Assembly (NCBI GenBank): GCA_964447905.1
Contig: CAYUUK010000004.1
Span: 14,695-78,694 of the forward strand
Source: an uncultured Pseudomonadales bacterium
GTDB taxonomy: Bacteria > Patescibacteriota > Microgenomatia > UBA1400 > UBA1396
Direction of reading: 5' to 3'
DNA length: 64,000 nt
Positions 29,608-39,920 of the stretch are shown here, in pieces. The position numbers and the translations under genes are program-made. The notes beneath the pieces are model-generated. The model was not told the DNA's origin. It saw nothing but the letters and a program-made list of their open reading frames with translations, and did not search any database. Position 1 is the stretch's first letter. Each line of letters starts with the position of its first letter.

Positions 29608-31318
29608 GCGTAGCCTCTTTCGGTTTTTTCCAGGGGAGAGCCAGAGTGAGCCAGAAAATCCAGGCCACTGCGCTGATCACAGCTGCATACTGACGAACTG
29701 GAGTCATGGTGAACTCCGCTCCAACGGACTCAATGGGTTCGCTGAGAGTTATCTGGCGCAGCCCGTCTTTTGTCAGGATGGGTTCCACTTCTTGATCATT
29801 TACATAGTAGCGCCAACCTGGGAAATCGGCGATGTTCCAGGTGATTGTTGAGCCTTCTGGTGCTGTACCCAGCCACAGGACTTGGTGGGGTCGCGAAAGT
29901 TCCAGTTGCGTTACCTCTACCGTGTCGAGTGCGATGCGTTCGTTTTCACTGACTGGCGGGAGCTCGCGGTTGAACTCGGCCGGGATGTAATCGGGCAGTA
30001 TGTCACTCATGTTGGTGCGAATGGTTTGGGGATCGGTGTAGTAAAAATCTTCCGCCCGCTGCAAGAATGATTCCGGGCGGTGAAAGTTCCAGGTGCTCAA
30101 AACAACTAGGAGAATAAAGGTCCAGCTAATAAACCAGCGAAGCGGAGCCACTTGTAATTGGCTTACGGCAATGCCTCCCATCAAGCTGGAAAACACAATG
30201 GCAACCGCTAAGAATCGCCACGGGAACTGAATATAGTTCAGCAGTGGCACGGTATCCCAAATGGGTTCGGCATGCCCGAGGGTCATGAAAAGTGAAACCG
30301 CCAAGAGTATGCCGCTGAGGATAAAGACTTGTTGTTTGGCTGAAATCTGTTGGAGTCTCTGCCACAGGGTTCTTTTTTTCTTGCCTGGTGAGCTGAAAAA
30401 TGAACGGAGTATAAACAGTCCTCCTAAGCCAATAAGAATGAGCGCCATGGTTCCGAGATGGAAACTGATGCCATCATCAGGACCGAATCCAGAACCGCCG
30501 TACCCCCAGTTGGGGCGAATAAGCTGGCGGATGTACAGAAAATGGTGATGGTAGTCAAAGTATCCTGACAGAATACTGTCAATAATCGTGTATTGTTTTT
30601 CCAAAAATGCCGGCACGATGTAAAACAGGCTCATGAGGGCGCCGAGAACTCCCGCACCTATAAAACGGAGGTTTTCCTTCCAGGCAGGTTTGTTCTCTAT
30701 CCACTGCCACCCAACTACGAAGATACCGAGAAGCGGAATGGCAAAGAACGCTGTCAAGTTGTGCGAAAGAATGATGGCGGCTGTGGAAAAACTCGTAATG
30801 ATCAGTCCTCGACGGGGATGCTTTCGCATTTCCATGCCGCCGTATACGAGCCAAGGGAGAAAACCAATTGCCCAAGTTTCATTGATGGCTCCCCGTACAA
30901 AAATATCGACTGCTCGATAGGGTGCGGTGAAAAAGAGTACTGCAGCAACTAATCCGGCCGTATGGCTGTAGCGGCGGCCTAAAAGATACATGCCCCAAAA
31001 GGCGATAACTCCCGTTAAAAAGAAAACAAGTTTCATGGAAAGAAGCGCCGAAGCGCCAAAGAGCATGAAAAACACGGCGCTATAAAATGGCAGTGGACCA
31101 TAGAACAAGAACAGTGGCATGCCGTAGCCGTAGCCAAAGTTTTGCGTCCAGTGCACTGGGATGTGACCCGCGGTAAGGGAGCGATGCATTTCTACGATAC
31201 GTGCCACATGCGTGTAGTCATGAACGCGAAAAAAGTCACTTGAGAAAAACGCCCAAGAGAAGCTCAGAACTATCAAAAGAGCTACTAGCGTAGCAATCCA
31301 TTGTTTGACGGTGCGCAT
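29594..31318 (-). CDS. GT-C membrane protein (YfhO/PTPS-related family)
   Basis: GYGYGMPLFLFYGPL, APYRAVDIFVRGA..E, QFPWRF and FPGW. Confidence 0.8.
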   Translation of the reverse strand: MRTVKQWIATLVALLIVLSFSWAFFSSDFFRVHDYTHVARIVEMHRSLTAGHIPVHWTQNFGYGYGMPLFLFYGPLPFYSAVFFMLFGASALLSMKLVFFLTGVIAFWGMYLLGRRYSHTAGLVAAVLFFTAPYRAVDIFVRGAINETWAIGFLPWLVYGGMEMRKHPRRGLIITSFSTAAIILSHNLTAFFAIPLLGIFVVGWQWIENKPAWKENLRFIGAGVLGALMSLFYIVPAFLEKQYTIIDSILSGYFDYHHHFLYIRQLIRPNWGYGGSGFGPDDGISFHLGTMALILIGLGGLFILRSFFSSPGKKKRTLWQRLQQISAKQQVFILSGILLAVSLFMTLGHAEPIWDTVPLLNYIQFPWRFLAVAIVFSSLMGGIAVSQLQVAPLRWFISWTFILLVVLSTWNFHRPESFLQRAEDFYYTDPQTIRTNMSDILPDYIPAEFNRELPPVSENERIALDTVEVTQLELSRPHQVLWLGTAPEGSTITWNIADFPGWRYYVNDQEVEPILTKDGLRQITLSEPIESVGAEFTMTPVRQYAAVISAVAWIFWLTLALPWKKPKEATHVSL

Positions 31319-31408
31319 GGGTCCATTCTACACGAGTTTTGGCTCAGGGAAGATGCCTGAGTCGTTTTTTTTAGACTGTGCTCACAAAGAGTGATAGAAT
31401 TGGATGAT

Positions 31409-32050
31409 ATGAGAAGAAGATCTTCAGAAGAGAAGAATGCTATTACGGCCCGTGCACTATCAGTTGTGCTTTTGGTATTCGGATGGCTTGGTTTTCAGCA
31501 CCTTCGATCTGGAGACGCGGATGAGGGCAGCACGAATCGAGGCCTGGAACTCGATGTAGCTCCGGAGTTTAGAAGCCGGGATACGGATAGAACCCTAGAA
31601 CCGGTAGAAGTTAGACCGACAAGGGTTGTTACTGTTCAACCAACTTCTCCTGCAGTGGAACCAACCCAATTTTCACCCACTGTCGAGCGAGAAGCCCGGC
31701 AAGTTCATCGCTCTGTGACGATTGATTTTAATGAAGTATCTCGCGATGGATCAGGCACTGTTTATCTCACTGTGGAAAATGGGCGCACTGAGCAGGCCAT
31801 TGGACGAGTGGATGTATCACGAACTGGGTTCTGGATTTATCTGGCTAAAGATCCAGGAACTTTTGATTACACTTTAAGCCGCAGTTTTTCACATCCACCA
31901 AATGGTCCCATTACTCTGACCATTGCTGAAAACACGAATGAACTCGGAAATTCTGTTCTTGTAGTCAGTGATGAGAGCGGTCTGTTGGGGGTTATCGATT
32001 TATTCTCTGAGTTGCCGTCGAGAGCTTCATTACTGGCTGAGTCGAGGTGA
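31409..32050 (+). CDS. Hypothetical membrane-anchored protein
   Basis: N-terminal TM, P/T-rich linker and beta-rich C-terminus; TAGAAT 8 nt before the ATG. Confidence 0.65.
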   Translation: MRRRSSEEKNAITARALSVVLLVFGWLGFQHLRSGDADEGSTNRGLELDVAPEFRSRDTDRTLEPVEVRPTRVVTVQPTSPAVEPTQFSPTVEREARQVHRSVTIDFNEVSRDGSGTVYLTVENGRTEQAIGRVDVSRTGFWIYLAKDPGTFDYTLSRSFSHPPNGPITLTIAENTNELGNSVLVVSDESGLLGVIDLFSELPSRASLLAESR

Positions 32051-32052
32051 GT

Positions 32053-33708
32053 TTACTCTTGTATCTGCGTTCGCAACTCATACACCTGCAGCGCTGGAAC
32101 GCCGTAGGGGCGGGTGTAGCTTGCTTCCAGGTGGAGGCGTTGCATAACTTCTTCTGGTAAAGCATTTCGGTGCTCGTTGAGTACGAGCCAAGTGGTATGG
32201 TCTTCTGCTGCTTCCCAAGCCCAATCTGGAATTGTTTTGACTGGGTATTGTGCTAATCCTTCAATGCGAACGGACTGGATTTCTTCGAGACGGTCAAAGT
32301 AGAGTAAGAGCCCATCAGGTAGAGAGCCAAACGAACCTTCCGTAATCACGGTAACGTACTCCCCTTCTTGTACTTTTTGACGAATCAAATCCCGTGTTTG
32401 GGCGAGACCATGTCCTGACGACCACTCGGTAAGGTACTGTTCACGATCATGCAGTACAAATGGAATCTGGTTGGCATCGTAGTACGAGAAAAATAAGAAG
32501 CGCAGTGATCCCAGGAGATAAAATCCAATGAGCACAAAAAGTACGAGGGCCATCTCCCACGATTCTTTGCGGCGAATTGTTTCCCAGGCTTCATGGATCA
32601 TAAAGGCGGCGCTCAGCGTAAGAAACGGTGCTACTGGCAAGAAATATCGAGGATGGAGTGTCTTGCCAAGAATGAGCAGGGGGGCTGCAAACGTCAGAGC
32701 CGTAAGCCAAAAGAGCCAATGCATGCGTCGATACTTGGAGGCAACGACAGCAATGAGCGAGAGTGCTACTAATTCTGGGCGCAGGTAGGTACTGATCCAC
32801 GGAGAAACTCGCAAAATGTTGTTGAGAATAATCTGTCCACCAGAATCAATGACTTCCATGACAGAGTAGGTAAAGTCACTACTGCGTCCAAAAAGTGAGC
32901 CGAATGAAGGGCTGATTTTCAGCAAGAGAAAAATGCCGAGTCCGAGAAGGCCAGCTGCTCCAAACCAAAGACTTCGGTTGAGGAGCCATTTGAACGTAAC
33001 ACCCTGCGTACGAAAAGAGTCCAGTAAAAAGGGAGCTACATAGGCCATGCCCATAAATACTGGGGCAAAAAAGAGCGCTGGAGTTTTTGTCCAGAGAGCA
33101 AGCCCCCACCCAACAGCCGTGAGTACGAGAAACGAGAGTCGTTCTCTCCAGAGTTTTGCTTGCGTTTTTGGCAGGAGTGTAGTTTGGTGGAGACCGAGTA
33201 AGCCCCAAAAACTGAGCGTTATGCCCAGTGTGAGCAGACCATCCATGAGGCCGATTCGGTGCGAGAAGGTCCAGAACGGGGCGGTAAAGACGATTGCTCC
33301 CGCAATGAAGCGAGTCATTTTTTTGCCTTGGAGTTGGCGAACTACGGCGTCAAGCGCCCACAGCTGGGCAAGACCAATGAAGACGCTAGCAAACCTGGCG
33401 ATCCAGACCGCGTTGACCGAGGTGGGAAAAACCGAGAGCAGAGCGCTGAGAAGCCAAATGAAAAGTGGTGGTTTTCCATCATTGAGGGCAAAAAACACAT
33501 AGCGGGCTGGTTCGTGTTGCAACAGCTGAGCCCAGCGAATGTAGATAGCTTCATCGGCAAAGACCGGGAGAGACTGCAGTCGATAGAGGTGAGTTAGTAC
33601 AAAGAGACAAGAAATACAAAGCACACTCACCCAGGGAAACCAGGCTTTTTTAGTAGTTCTTTGCCACCAGAGAGTCAGCGATTTCATGAAGTGAGGGTTT
33701 TTGCTCAT
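32053..33708 (-). CDS. GT-C glycosyltransferase (PMT-2-like)
   Basis: LPVFADEAIYIRWAQ, DGKPPLFIW, ARFASV and multiple TMs. Confidence 0.85.
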   Translation of the reverse strand: MSKNPHFMKSLTLWWQRTTKKAWFPWVSVLCISCLFVLTHLYRLQSLPVFADEAIYIRWAQLLQHEPARYVFFALNDGKPPLFIWLLSALLSVFPTSVNAVWIARFASVFIGLAQLWALDAVVRQLQGKKMTRFIAGAIVFTAPFWTFSHRIGLMDGLLTLGITLSFWGLLGLHQTTLLPKTQAKLWRERLSFLVLTAVGWGLALWTKTPALFFAPVFMGMAYVAPFLLDSFRTQGVTFKWLLNRSLWFGAAGLLGLGIFLLLKISPSFGSLFGRSSDFTYSVMEVIDSGGQIILNNILRVSPWISTYLRPELVALSLIAVVASKYRRMHWLFWLTALTFAAPLLILGKTLHPRYFLPVAPFLTLSAAFMIHEAWETIRRKESWEMALVLFVLIGFYLLGSLRFLFFSYYDANQIPFVLHDREQYLTEWSSGHGLAQTRDLIRQKVQEGEYVTVITEGSFGSLPDGLLLYFDRLEEIQSVRIEGLAQYPVKTIPDWAWEAAEDHTTWLVLNEHRNALPEEVMQRLHLEASYTRPYGVPALQVYELRTQIQE

Positions 33709-33757
33709 GTGGCTATTGTATCAATGTCTGGTGGGCGCGGAAAGGAAAGCAAAACAC

Positions 33758-34513
33758 TCAGTCCCGCCCCCCCGGGACGGATTGAAAGCGGATTGCGCCG
33801 CGAAAGGTATGTTTCATGTGCCAGCGCACAAAAGTGAGTCCGAGACCACCGCCGGTTTTTTTGCTCGAGAAGCCAGGTGATCCCAATAAGGACACCACTT
33901 GTGGTGGAACTCCAGGTCCCGTGTCAGTAATCACCACTTCAATACTTTTTTCATGAATATGAATCGAGACAGTAATGCGCTTCTTGTGTGGTGTCTTGCT
34001 TTTTTCGAGTACCTCAATGCTATTTCGAAAGAGATTAAAAAAAATTTGTTCGGTAATGCTTCTATTGGCAATCGCTAAAGCCGGTAGATGCTTGGGAACA
34101 GTGTTTTGAAGAGTAATGCACTTTTGTTTACACTCGGCTTCCAGTATGGACAACGTGTTTCTGATGATGGCCCCGAGATCAATGGTGGTGCAGTGAATTC
34201 TCGGTTGTTTGAGCAATTGCTGTGAGACACGCAGTGTCTGCTGTAAGTAGGCAAAGGCTGAGTGAAGGTGCAGGGTCTGTTTCGAGCAGAGGTTTCCCTG
34301 AATTTCAGAAGTAATAGCAAACAGGGCCGCAATGGCGTTACCGACATTATGAATAGCTGCTTGAGCCAGCCACTCAGAGGACCAGGCCGGATAGTGGGAA
34401 CGGTGCAGAGTGGTGAGGGTATAATGCCGATCAACAGAAGTGGAAAGATGCAGCGCTGCTTCGCGTGTAAGCGGAGAAAGATTGGTAACTGAAGTGGAGT
34501 TGTGCGTATCCAT
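33758..34513 (-). CDS. Orphan cytoplasmic histidine kinase-like protein (HisKA-like plus HATPase_c), C-terminus apparently frameshifted
   Basis: IHNVGNAI (H box), QIFFNLFRNSIE (N box), DTGPGV (G1), GFSSK (F) and GGGLGL (G2); stops before the last strand. Confidence 0.75.
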   Translation of the reverse strand: MDTHNSTSVTNLSPLTREAALHLSTSVDRHYTLTTLHRSHYPAWSSEWLAQAAIHNVGNAIAALFAITSEIQGNLCSKQTLHLHSAFAYLQQTLRVSQQLLKQPRIHCTTIDLGAIIRNTLSILEAECKQKCITLQNTVPKHLPALAIANRSITEQIFFNLFRNSIEVLEKSKTPHKKRITVSIHIHEKSIEVVITDTGPGVPPQVVSLLGSPGFSSKKTGGGLGLTFVRWHMKHTFRGAIRFQSVPGGRD

Positions 34514-34558
34514 CTCAGGATGAGAGTATAGCATAAAGTGTTGATTTGAAAATAGAAA

Positions 34559-35344
34559 TTAATCTAGTTCTTGCACGAGCTCAAGCGTGTTATCAACTTT
34601 GAGGCGATACGGGCCGTTTTGCGTTCGGCGAAGATTCCAAACAACTGTAGGATGCGAGACACGTTTGGCGATATCGTTGGCAATTTGTCGAATGTAGGTT
34701 CTTTTTGAGCAGCGAATCCGTAACTTGGACATGACTAACGGGCTGTCGGTGGGTTGCTCCCAGAAAGGCTGCCAGCTCTCAAGAATCTGGTCCTGTCGCC
34801 ACTCTCCACTTACCATCTTGAGGCGCGTGTGCCACTCTTTTTCGAGTACACTTTTCTGAATTGTCTCGGTAGCCACGTACTCCAAAGAGGTAACTTCTAT
34901 TTCATGGCTCAGGTCAGGAAGAGGCTGTTTTTTGGCAGCAAGGTCAAAGAAAGACTGGCCTTGCCAGCGCTTAGCAGAAAAGGGGTGTTGTTTTTGGGCT
35001 TGAATGCCCACGAATTCAGGTAAGATTTCCCGTACGTGTACTTCTAAGTCATGTGCAGATGGGGAGAAATCCTTTTCTGGAGTATAAACTCGATCTTTTT
35101 TCATGCCAAGAGAGTCATCTGTGTCAGTGCTGACTCCCCACAAGAGAGAGAATTCGTAGACTTTATGCCAGTTGGCAAGCTGTTCTTTTTGAAAGCGATC
35201 TTCTCCGGTGAGCACAACCAAAACTCCTTCTGCCATGGGGTCGAGCGTGCCGGTGTGTGTAGCTTTTTCACCCAAGAGCCGGCCGACATAGGCGGCGAGC
35301 TGGTGGGAAGATGAGCCGAGCGGCTGGTAGAGCGGAATGATCAT
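34559..35344 (-). CDS. truB: tRNA pseudouridine synthase TruB (no PUA domain)
   Basis: HTGTLDPMAEGVL, STDTDD, FSAK, CSKRTYIRQIA and LRRTQNG. Confidence 0.85.
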   Translation of the reverse strand: MIIPLYQPLGSSSHQLAAYVGRLLGEKATHTGTLDPMAEGVLVVLTGEDRFQKEQLANWHKVYEFSLLWGVSTDTDDSLGMKKDRVYTPEKDFSPSAHDLEVHVREILPEFVGIQAQKQHPFSAKRWQGQSFFDLAAKKQPLPDLSHEIEVTSLEYVATETIQKSVLEKEWHTRLKMVSGEWRQDQILESWQPFWEQPTDSPLVMSKLRIRCSKRTYIRQIANDIAKRVSHPTVVWNLRRTQNGPYRLKVDNTLELVQELD

Positions 35345-35404
35345 GTCTGAGCGTATTGTACTGGACTGGAATATCAGGAGGAGAAGTTTATACTGTCTCT
35401 ACGT

Positions 35405-38400
35405 ATGGCGAGTTATTCTGAGTCCCTTGGTCGATTAAATCCTGAGCAACGCATTGCGGTTGAGACGATTGAAGGTCCAGTTTTTGTGCTGGCAGGACCT
35501 GGCACTGGAAAGACACAGATACTTTCTACGCGTATTGCCCACATTCTCTCGCAGACCGATGTGCAGCCCCACAATATACTTGCACTTACCTTTACGCAGG
35601 CAGCTGCCAAAAATATGCAACAGCGATTAGTAGACATGATTGGCGCTGATGGCTACGGGGTCAAATGTACGACGTTTCATAGCTTCTGTACTGAGGTTAT
35701 TGAGACGCATCAAGAGCAGTTTCCGTTGTCTCCCCAGCGCAGCGAGCCGATTGCTGAGGTAGATAAATTAGCCCTCATTGAACACATTTTGCTTGAGAGT
35801 GACTTTGAACATATTAAGTCAGCCAAAAATCCGCTCTATTTTGTGCGGGACTGTTTATACCTGATATCGAGCTATAAGCGCGAGGGACAGTCGCCACTAC
35901 GTATTCGCCAATTGGCGGAAGAAGAGGAAACGTTTTTAGAGAACTCAGTAGATGAACTCACCAAAGCTGAGTGGCGATCGCGCATGAAAACTGTGCAAAA
36001 GAATCGTGAACTCGCAGAGGTGTACGCTGAGTATGAACGGCTCCTGCGTGAGCGTCATACCTACGATTTTGAAGACATGATTCTCTGGGTGCGCGATGCC
36101 TTTCGGGCTGACCCAGAGTTGCTCGCTGAGTACCAAGAGACGTATCAGTATTTTTTAGTCGATGAATGGCAAGATACCAATGAGTCGCAACTTCAGCTTT
36201 TGGAGTTATTAGCAAGTCACTGGGGGAAATCAGCGAACGTTTTTGCCGTGGGTGATCCTAATCAGTCGATCTATCGGTTTCAAGGGGCGTCGTTTGCGAA
36301 TACCTTCCATTTTTTAGAGATGTATCCCAACGCTACGGTTGTTGCTTTGCGCACTGGCTATCGTGGCCGACAGCATATCTATGATGCGGCCGCCGCCGCT
36401 ATTGCAGCCAATGTTGCGGACTCACACAGTGAAGGAAATTCTGCCAGCAGCGGTGAGCAGGCAAAGTTGTTGGACATTCTTGCTGCCCCACTGCACAGTG
36501 CGCACAGTGATCACGCTGGAGATGTGTGGTTTCATGAAGCGCCCAATACGCTGGCGGAGTGTTTTTGGGTTGCCCAGGCCATCCAGGCCCGACATGCCGA
36601 AGGCGTGCCGCTGAGCGAAATCGCTGTTTTGGCGCGGAAACACAGTCATATGAATTTACTGGAGTCGGTCCTTTCCCGAGCAGGGATTGCCACCCAACTC
36701 ACTCGTGGTGAGGATGTGCTGCAGTTTCCGATTATGCAGAAAGTGCTCGTACTGCTTCGATTTTTGGCAGCGGTCCGAACTGGTGAAGAGACTCTCCTGT
36801 TTGTGCCACTCTTGCAACAGCCTTGGTGGAATTTGGATGCTACGGATGTGTTGCGGTTGGTGCGCGCGGGAGCGAGCTCCCGCGCGCACCAACGCGACAT
36901 CTGGAATTTCTGGAACGATCCGGAAGCCATGGCGACACTTTCTTTTACAAATAGAGCAGCACTCGATGAATTACGAGAAAAACTGCTTCACTGGCAAGAT
37001 CTCCAGTATAAGGTGCCATTGCCGGAGTTGGTGGAGACGGTGCTGAGAGAAGCGGGAGTGTACTCGCATTCGTGGCACGGCGAGCTGGCGTTGACCGATA
37101 TGAATATTTTGGCGAGTTTTTTGCGGGAGGTGCAGAGTTGGTATCGTCAGCATATAGATACTTCTTTGCAAGAATTCCTCGCTCGACTTGATCGCATGCA
37201 AACGCACGGTTTGGGAATTCCAGCTGATGATCTGAATGTGAAAATGGATGCGGTCCCGATTGTGACGGCACATCAATCCAAGGGCCAAGAGTGGGATACG
37301 GTGTTTGTATTGCACGCGCAAGATGGCTACTGGGGCAATATTCGCTCTCCGCAAAGTATTCAACCATTGCCGGGTGTGGTGCCGTATGCAGACAGCACCA
37401 AAGAAGAGAAAAATGCCGATGAGCGGAGGCTCTTTTATGTGGCCCTCAGCCGCGCAAAGCAGCGTGTTGTGGTCTCGTGGAGTCAAAGTGAGGTTCAAGG
37501 TGGGCGACAAAGGGAGCTACAACCTTCGCAGTTTGTAGTGGAAGTTCGAGGTGTTTCGCACGAGGTGAAACCGGCACTTTCACATGATGCTGTTGCCGCC
37601 ACATTGCAAGCGTATCTGGAAAGCAGCGAACAAGAGTATGGTTGGAATCAAATTGATAGACTCTGGTTGGCTTCGCTCGTTGAGGAGTTCTCGCTTTCTG
37701 TTTCCGCTCTCAATGAGTACTTGCAGTGTCCGGTTGGGTTTTTGTACAAGCGTTTAATTCGCATTCCGAGTTTACCTACCCGTCCTCTTGTGTTGGGTAC
37801 GGCTGTTCACGCTGCCATGGAAAAACTCTACCGTGAAATGAATCTACAGGGCCAAGTGCCAGATGCTGCATCTATACTGCCGCGAATTGATTCGGTAGTA
37901 CAAAGTATGCCACTTTCCCAAACTGAAGTGGATGAAATTGCCGCACAAGCCAAGTCACTTTTCACTGAGTACTACAATGCCCACGTGCAAGATTTTTCAC
38001 CGAGCCTCTTGGTAGAAAAAAATATTGGAATTCAGCCACCGGTGGCTTTTGAAGGTTTGCAACTGATTGGAAAAATTGACCGCGTCGATATGATCGACGA
38101 TGCAGCGAAAACCGTTTGCGTCATTGATTACAAAACAGGCACGCCCAAATCGCGCAATCACATTTTAGGAAAAACAAAGAGCTCCGATGGTGATCTCTAT
38201 CGTCAGCTTGTATTCTATAAATTATTAGGTGATCTCGACGCCACTTTTTCCTATACCATTCGGGAAGGTGAGTTTGTCTTTTTAGAAAAAAATCCCAGCG
38301 GAAAGTATAAATCAGAGCGTATTCCACTCAATGACGCTGATCTCGATGAGTTAAAAGAACTCCTGCGTCGCGTTCGCGATGAACTGCACAGTCTTTCCTT

Positions 38401-38515
38401 TTTGGACCAGAAACCATGTGGCCAGTGCGAGACCTGTGCTCTCTTAGGCTTGAAGGCCGATGTTTTGGAGGCGCACGCAGATGGTCAGCAGCTGAGTATT
38501 TCAGAGCGTTCTTAA
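35405..38515 (+). CDS. UvrD/PcrA-type helicase fused to a C-terminal PD-(D/E)XK nuclease (AdnB/AddA-like)
   Basis: LAGPGTGKT, VDEWQDTN, VGDPNQSIYRFQGA, TAHQSKGQEW, ERRLFYVALSRAK, then GKIDRVD..IDYKTG and QLVFY. Confidence 0.9.
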   Translation: MASYSESLGRLNPEQRIAVETIEGPVFVLAGPGTGKTQILSTRIAHILSQTDVQPHNILALTFTQAAAKNMQQRLVDMIGADGYGVKCTTFHSFCTEVIETHQEQFPLSPQRSEPIAEVDKLALIEHILLESDFEHIKSAKNPLYFVRDCLYLISSYKREGQSPLRIRQLAEEEETFLENSVDELTKAEWRSRMKTVQKNRELAEVYAEYERLLRERHTYDFEDMILWVRDAFRADPELLAEYQETYQYFLVDEWQDTNESQLQLLELLASHWGKSANVFAVGDPNQSIYRFQGASFANTFHFLEMYPNATVVALRTGYRGRQHIYDAAAAAIAANVADSHSEGNSASSGEQAKLLDILAAPLHSAHSDHAGDVWFHEAPNTLAECFWVAQAIQARHAEGVPLSEIAVLARKHSHMNLLESVLSRAGIATQLTRGEDVLQFPIMQKVLVLLRFLAAVRTGEETLLFVPLLQQPWWNLDATDVLRLVRAGASSRAHQRDIWNFWNDPEAMATLSFTNRAALDELREKLLHWQDLQYKVPLPELVETVLREAGVYSHSWHGELALTDMNILASFLREVQSWYRQHIDTSLQEFLARLDRMQTHGLGIPADDLNVKMDAVPIVTAHQSKGQEWDTVFVLHAQDGYWGNIRSPQSIQPLPGVVPYADSTKEEKNADERRLFYVALSRAKQRVVVSWSQSEVQGGRQRELQPSQFVVEVRGVSHEVKPALSHDAVAATLQAYLESSEQEYGWNQIDRLWLASLVEEFSLSVSALNEYLQCPVGFLYKRLIRIPSLPTRPLVLGTAVHAAMEKLYREMNLQGQVPDAASILPRIDSVVQSMPLSQTEVDEIAAQAKSLFTEYYNAHVQDFSPSLLVEKNIGIQPPVAFEGLQLIGKIDRVDMIDDAAKTVCVIDYKTGTPKSRNHILGKTKSSDGDLYRQLVFYKLLGDLDATFSYTIREGEFVFLEKNPSGKYKSERIPLNDADLDELKELLRRVRDELHSLSFLDQKPCGQCETCALLGLKADVLEAHADGQQLSISERS

Positions 38516-38549
38516 AGGATACTGCTTAGAGAGTTGAGCGTGCTGTCTC

Positions 38550-39920
38550 TCAACGCCAGCTAGAGAGTGCAAAATAGAGCCAGTCGAAGCTTTCGCGATT
38601 GACGGCAATGCCGGTCCAGTGTGGGAAGAATGCTACATACGTTACGGCAATACTTGCGATCACACCAAGCACAGCTGCTTTTCCATATGGAGTCTTTTCC
38701 AGTATGAATGTGAGTTGATGGGCAAGCAGTAGCGCCAAAAAGGGAATCGATGGCAGATAGTGGTAAAAGAACATAATGCGAGGAGAAAGTACCCACGGCA
38801 GCCAAAATACGCCATAAGCCGCCAGAACAAACAGCAATCGATAGGTCTCAGTAGAGGCTTTCCAGTGTTTGAGTAAGCGTGATTGCCATTTTTTCTGTTG
38901 AGTTAGGGCAGATTGCCACACATACTGCGCTGTTTTAAGACCAAAAAGAGCAATATCGAGGGCTGTCCAAGCTACCGCTAAGAGACCGATCCAGGCTAAA
39001 AGTGGATTTTCTTGGAGATAAATATCTTCCATGACAGTAGCGGTGCTGGCGGAGTATGCATAGACCGGACGAAGGTTCATGATCCACTCCCATGGCGTAG
39101 ACTGGTATGGATGGGTAGCTTCTAGATTGGTTTGATACCACCAAATTTGCTGGTGCAGTTCCCAGAAGTGGTTGAGATCTTTTCCTTGGAAGAACATCTG
39201 TCCGTAGCTTAAAAGATACATGCTTGGTACGAGTACCGCGAGCGCTAGCCAAAACTGAGCAAACGGACGCAGTGTTGCGCGAGAATCATTGAGGTATGTG
39301 TGCAGCAGTCGAGCGCCATGGTCAAAGAGATAGAGGGCTAACAGAAAAACTCCGCTCCATTTGGATGCCACGGCTAATCCGGTACTGAGGCCAACAAGCA
39401 TGGCCTGTGGCAGGGTGAGTGATTTTCGCCAACGCCAGTACAGCCAGATGCTCAACACTACAAAAAACGTAACGTGCATATCATTCATCGCAATGCGAGA
39501 CATGCCGAGCGCCAGTCCGCTCAAAGAAAAGAGACCACTGGACAGCAGGCTGGTGACTAGTGAAAACCCAAGCTCTCGAGCGGCAAAATAGAGGAGCGCA
39601 ATCGTGGCGGTACCAAAGACTACCGAGCTGATTCGCCAGCCAAAGCTGTTTTCTCCGAATACTCGCATTCCAGCGGCTTGAGTGAGCTTGGCAAAAGGTG
39701 GATGAAGCCAATCAACAGCAGTATCTTGTTCTGGCGCGGGATTCCACCACTCGTAGGCCCGGGCATCATTGCGGGCGATTAACTTGGAGGTAACAGCGTG
39801 ATAGACCTCATCGAAGTAGTACGTTGTGGGAGTGGTAATTCGCCAGATGCGCGCTCCAAAAGAGCACGCTACAATAATGAGGAGAATAACCCATGGTTTT
39901 GCAAAAATTGATTTCAGCAC
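38550..39920 (-). CDS. Protein O-mannosyltransferase (GT39, bacterial PMT-like)
   Basis: YYFDEVYH, HPPFAKL, FGWRISS, SRIAMND, KWSG, HPYQS.PWEW and FFYHYLP; GTG start 6 nt after TATAAT. Confidence 0.88.
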   Translation of the reverse strand: MLKSIFAKPWVILLIIVACSFGARIWRITTPTTYYFDEVYHAVTSKLIARNDARAYEWWNPAPEQDTAVDWLHPPFAKLTQAAGMRVFGENSFGWRISSVVFGTATIALLYFAARELGFSLVTSLLSSGLFSLSGLALGMSRIAMNDMHVTFFVVLSIWLYWRWRKSLTLPQAMLVGLSTGLAVASKWSGVFLLALYLFDHGARLLHTYLNDSRATLRPFAQFWLALAVLVPSMYLLSYGQMFFQGKDLNHFWELHQQIWWYQTNLEATHPYQSTPWEWIMNLRPVYAYSASTATVMEDIYLQENPLLAWIGLLAVAWTALDIALFGLKTAQYVWQSALTQQKKWQSRLLKHWKASTETYRLLFVLAAYGVFWLPWVLSPRIMFFYHYLPSIPFLALLLAHQLTFILEKTPYGKAAVLGVIASIAVTYVAFFPHWTGIAVNRESFDWLYFALSSWR

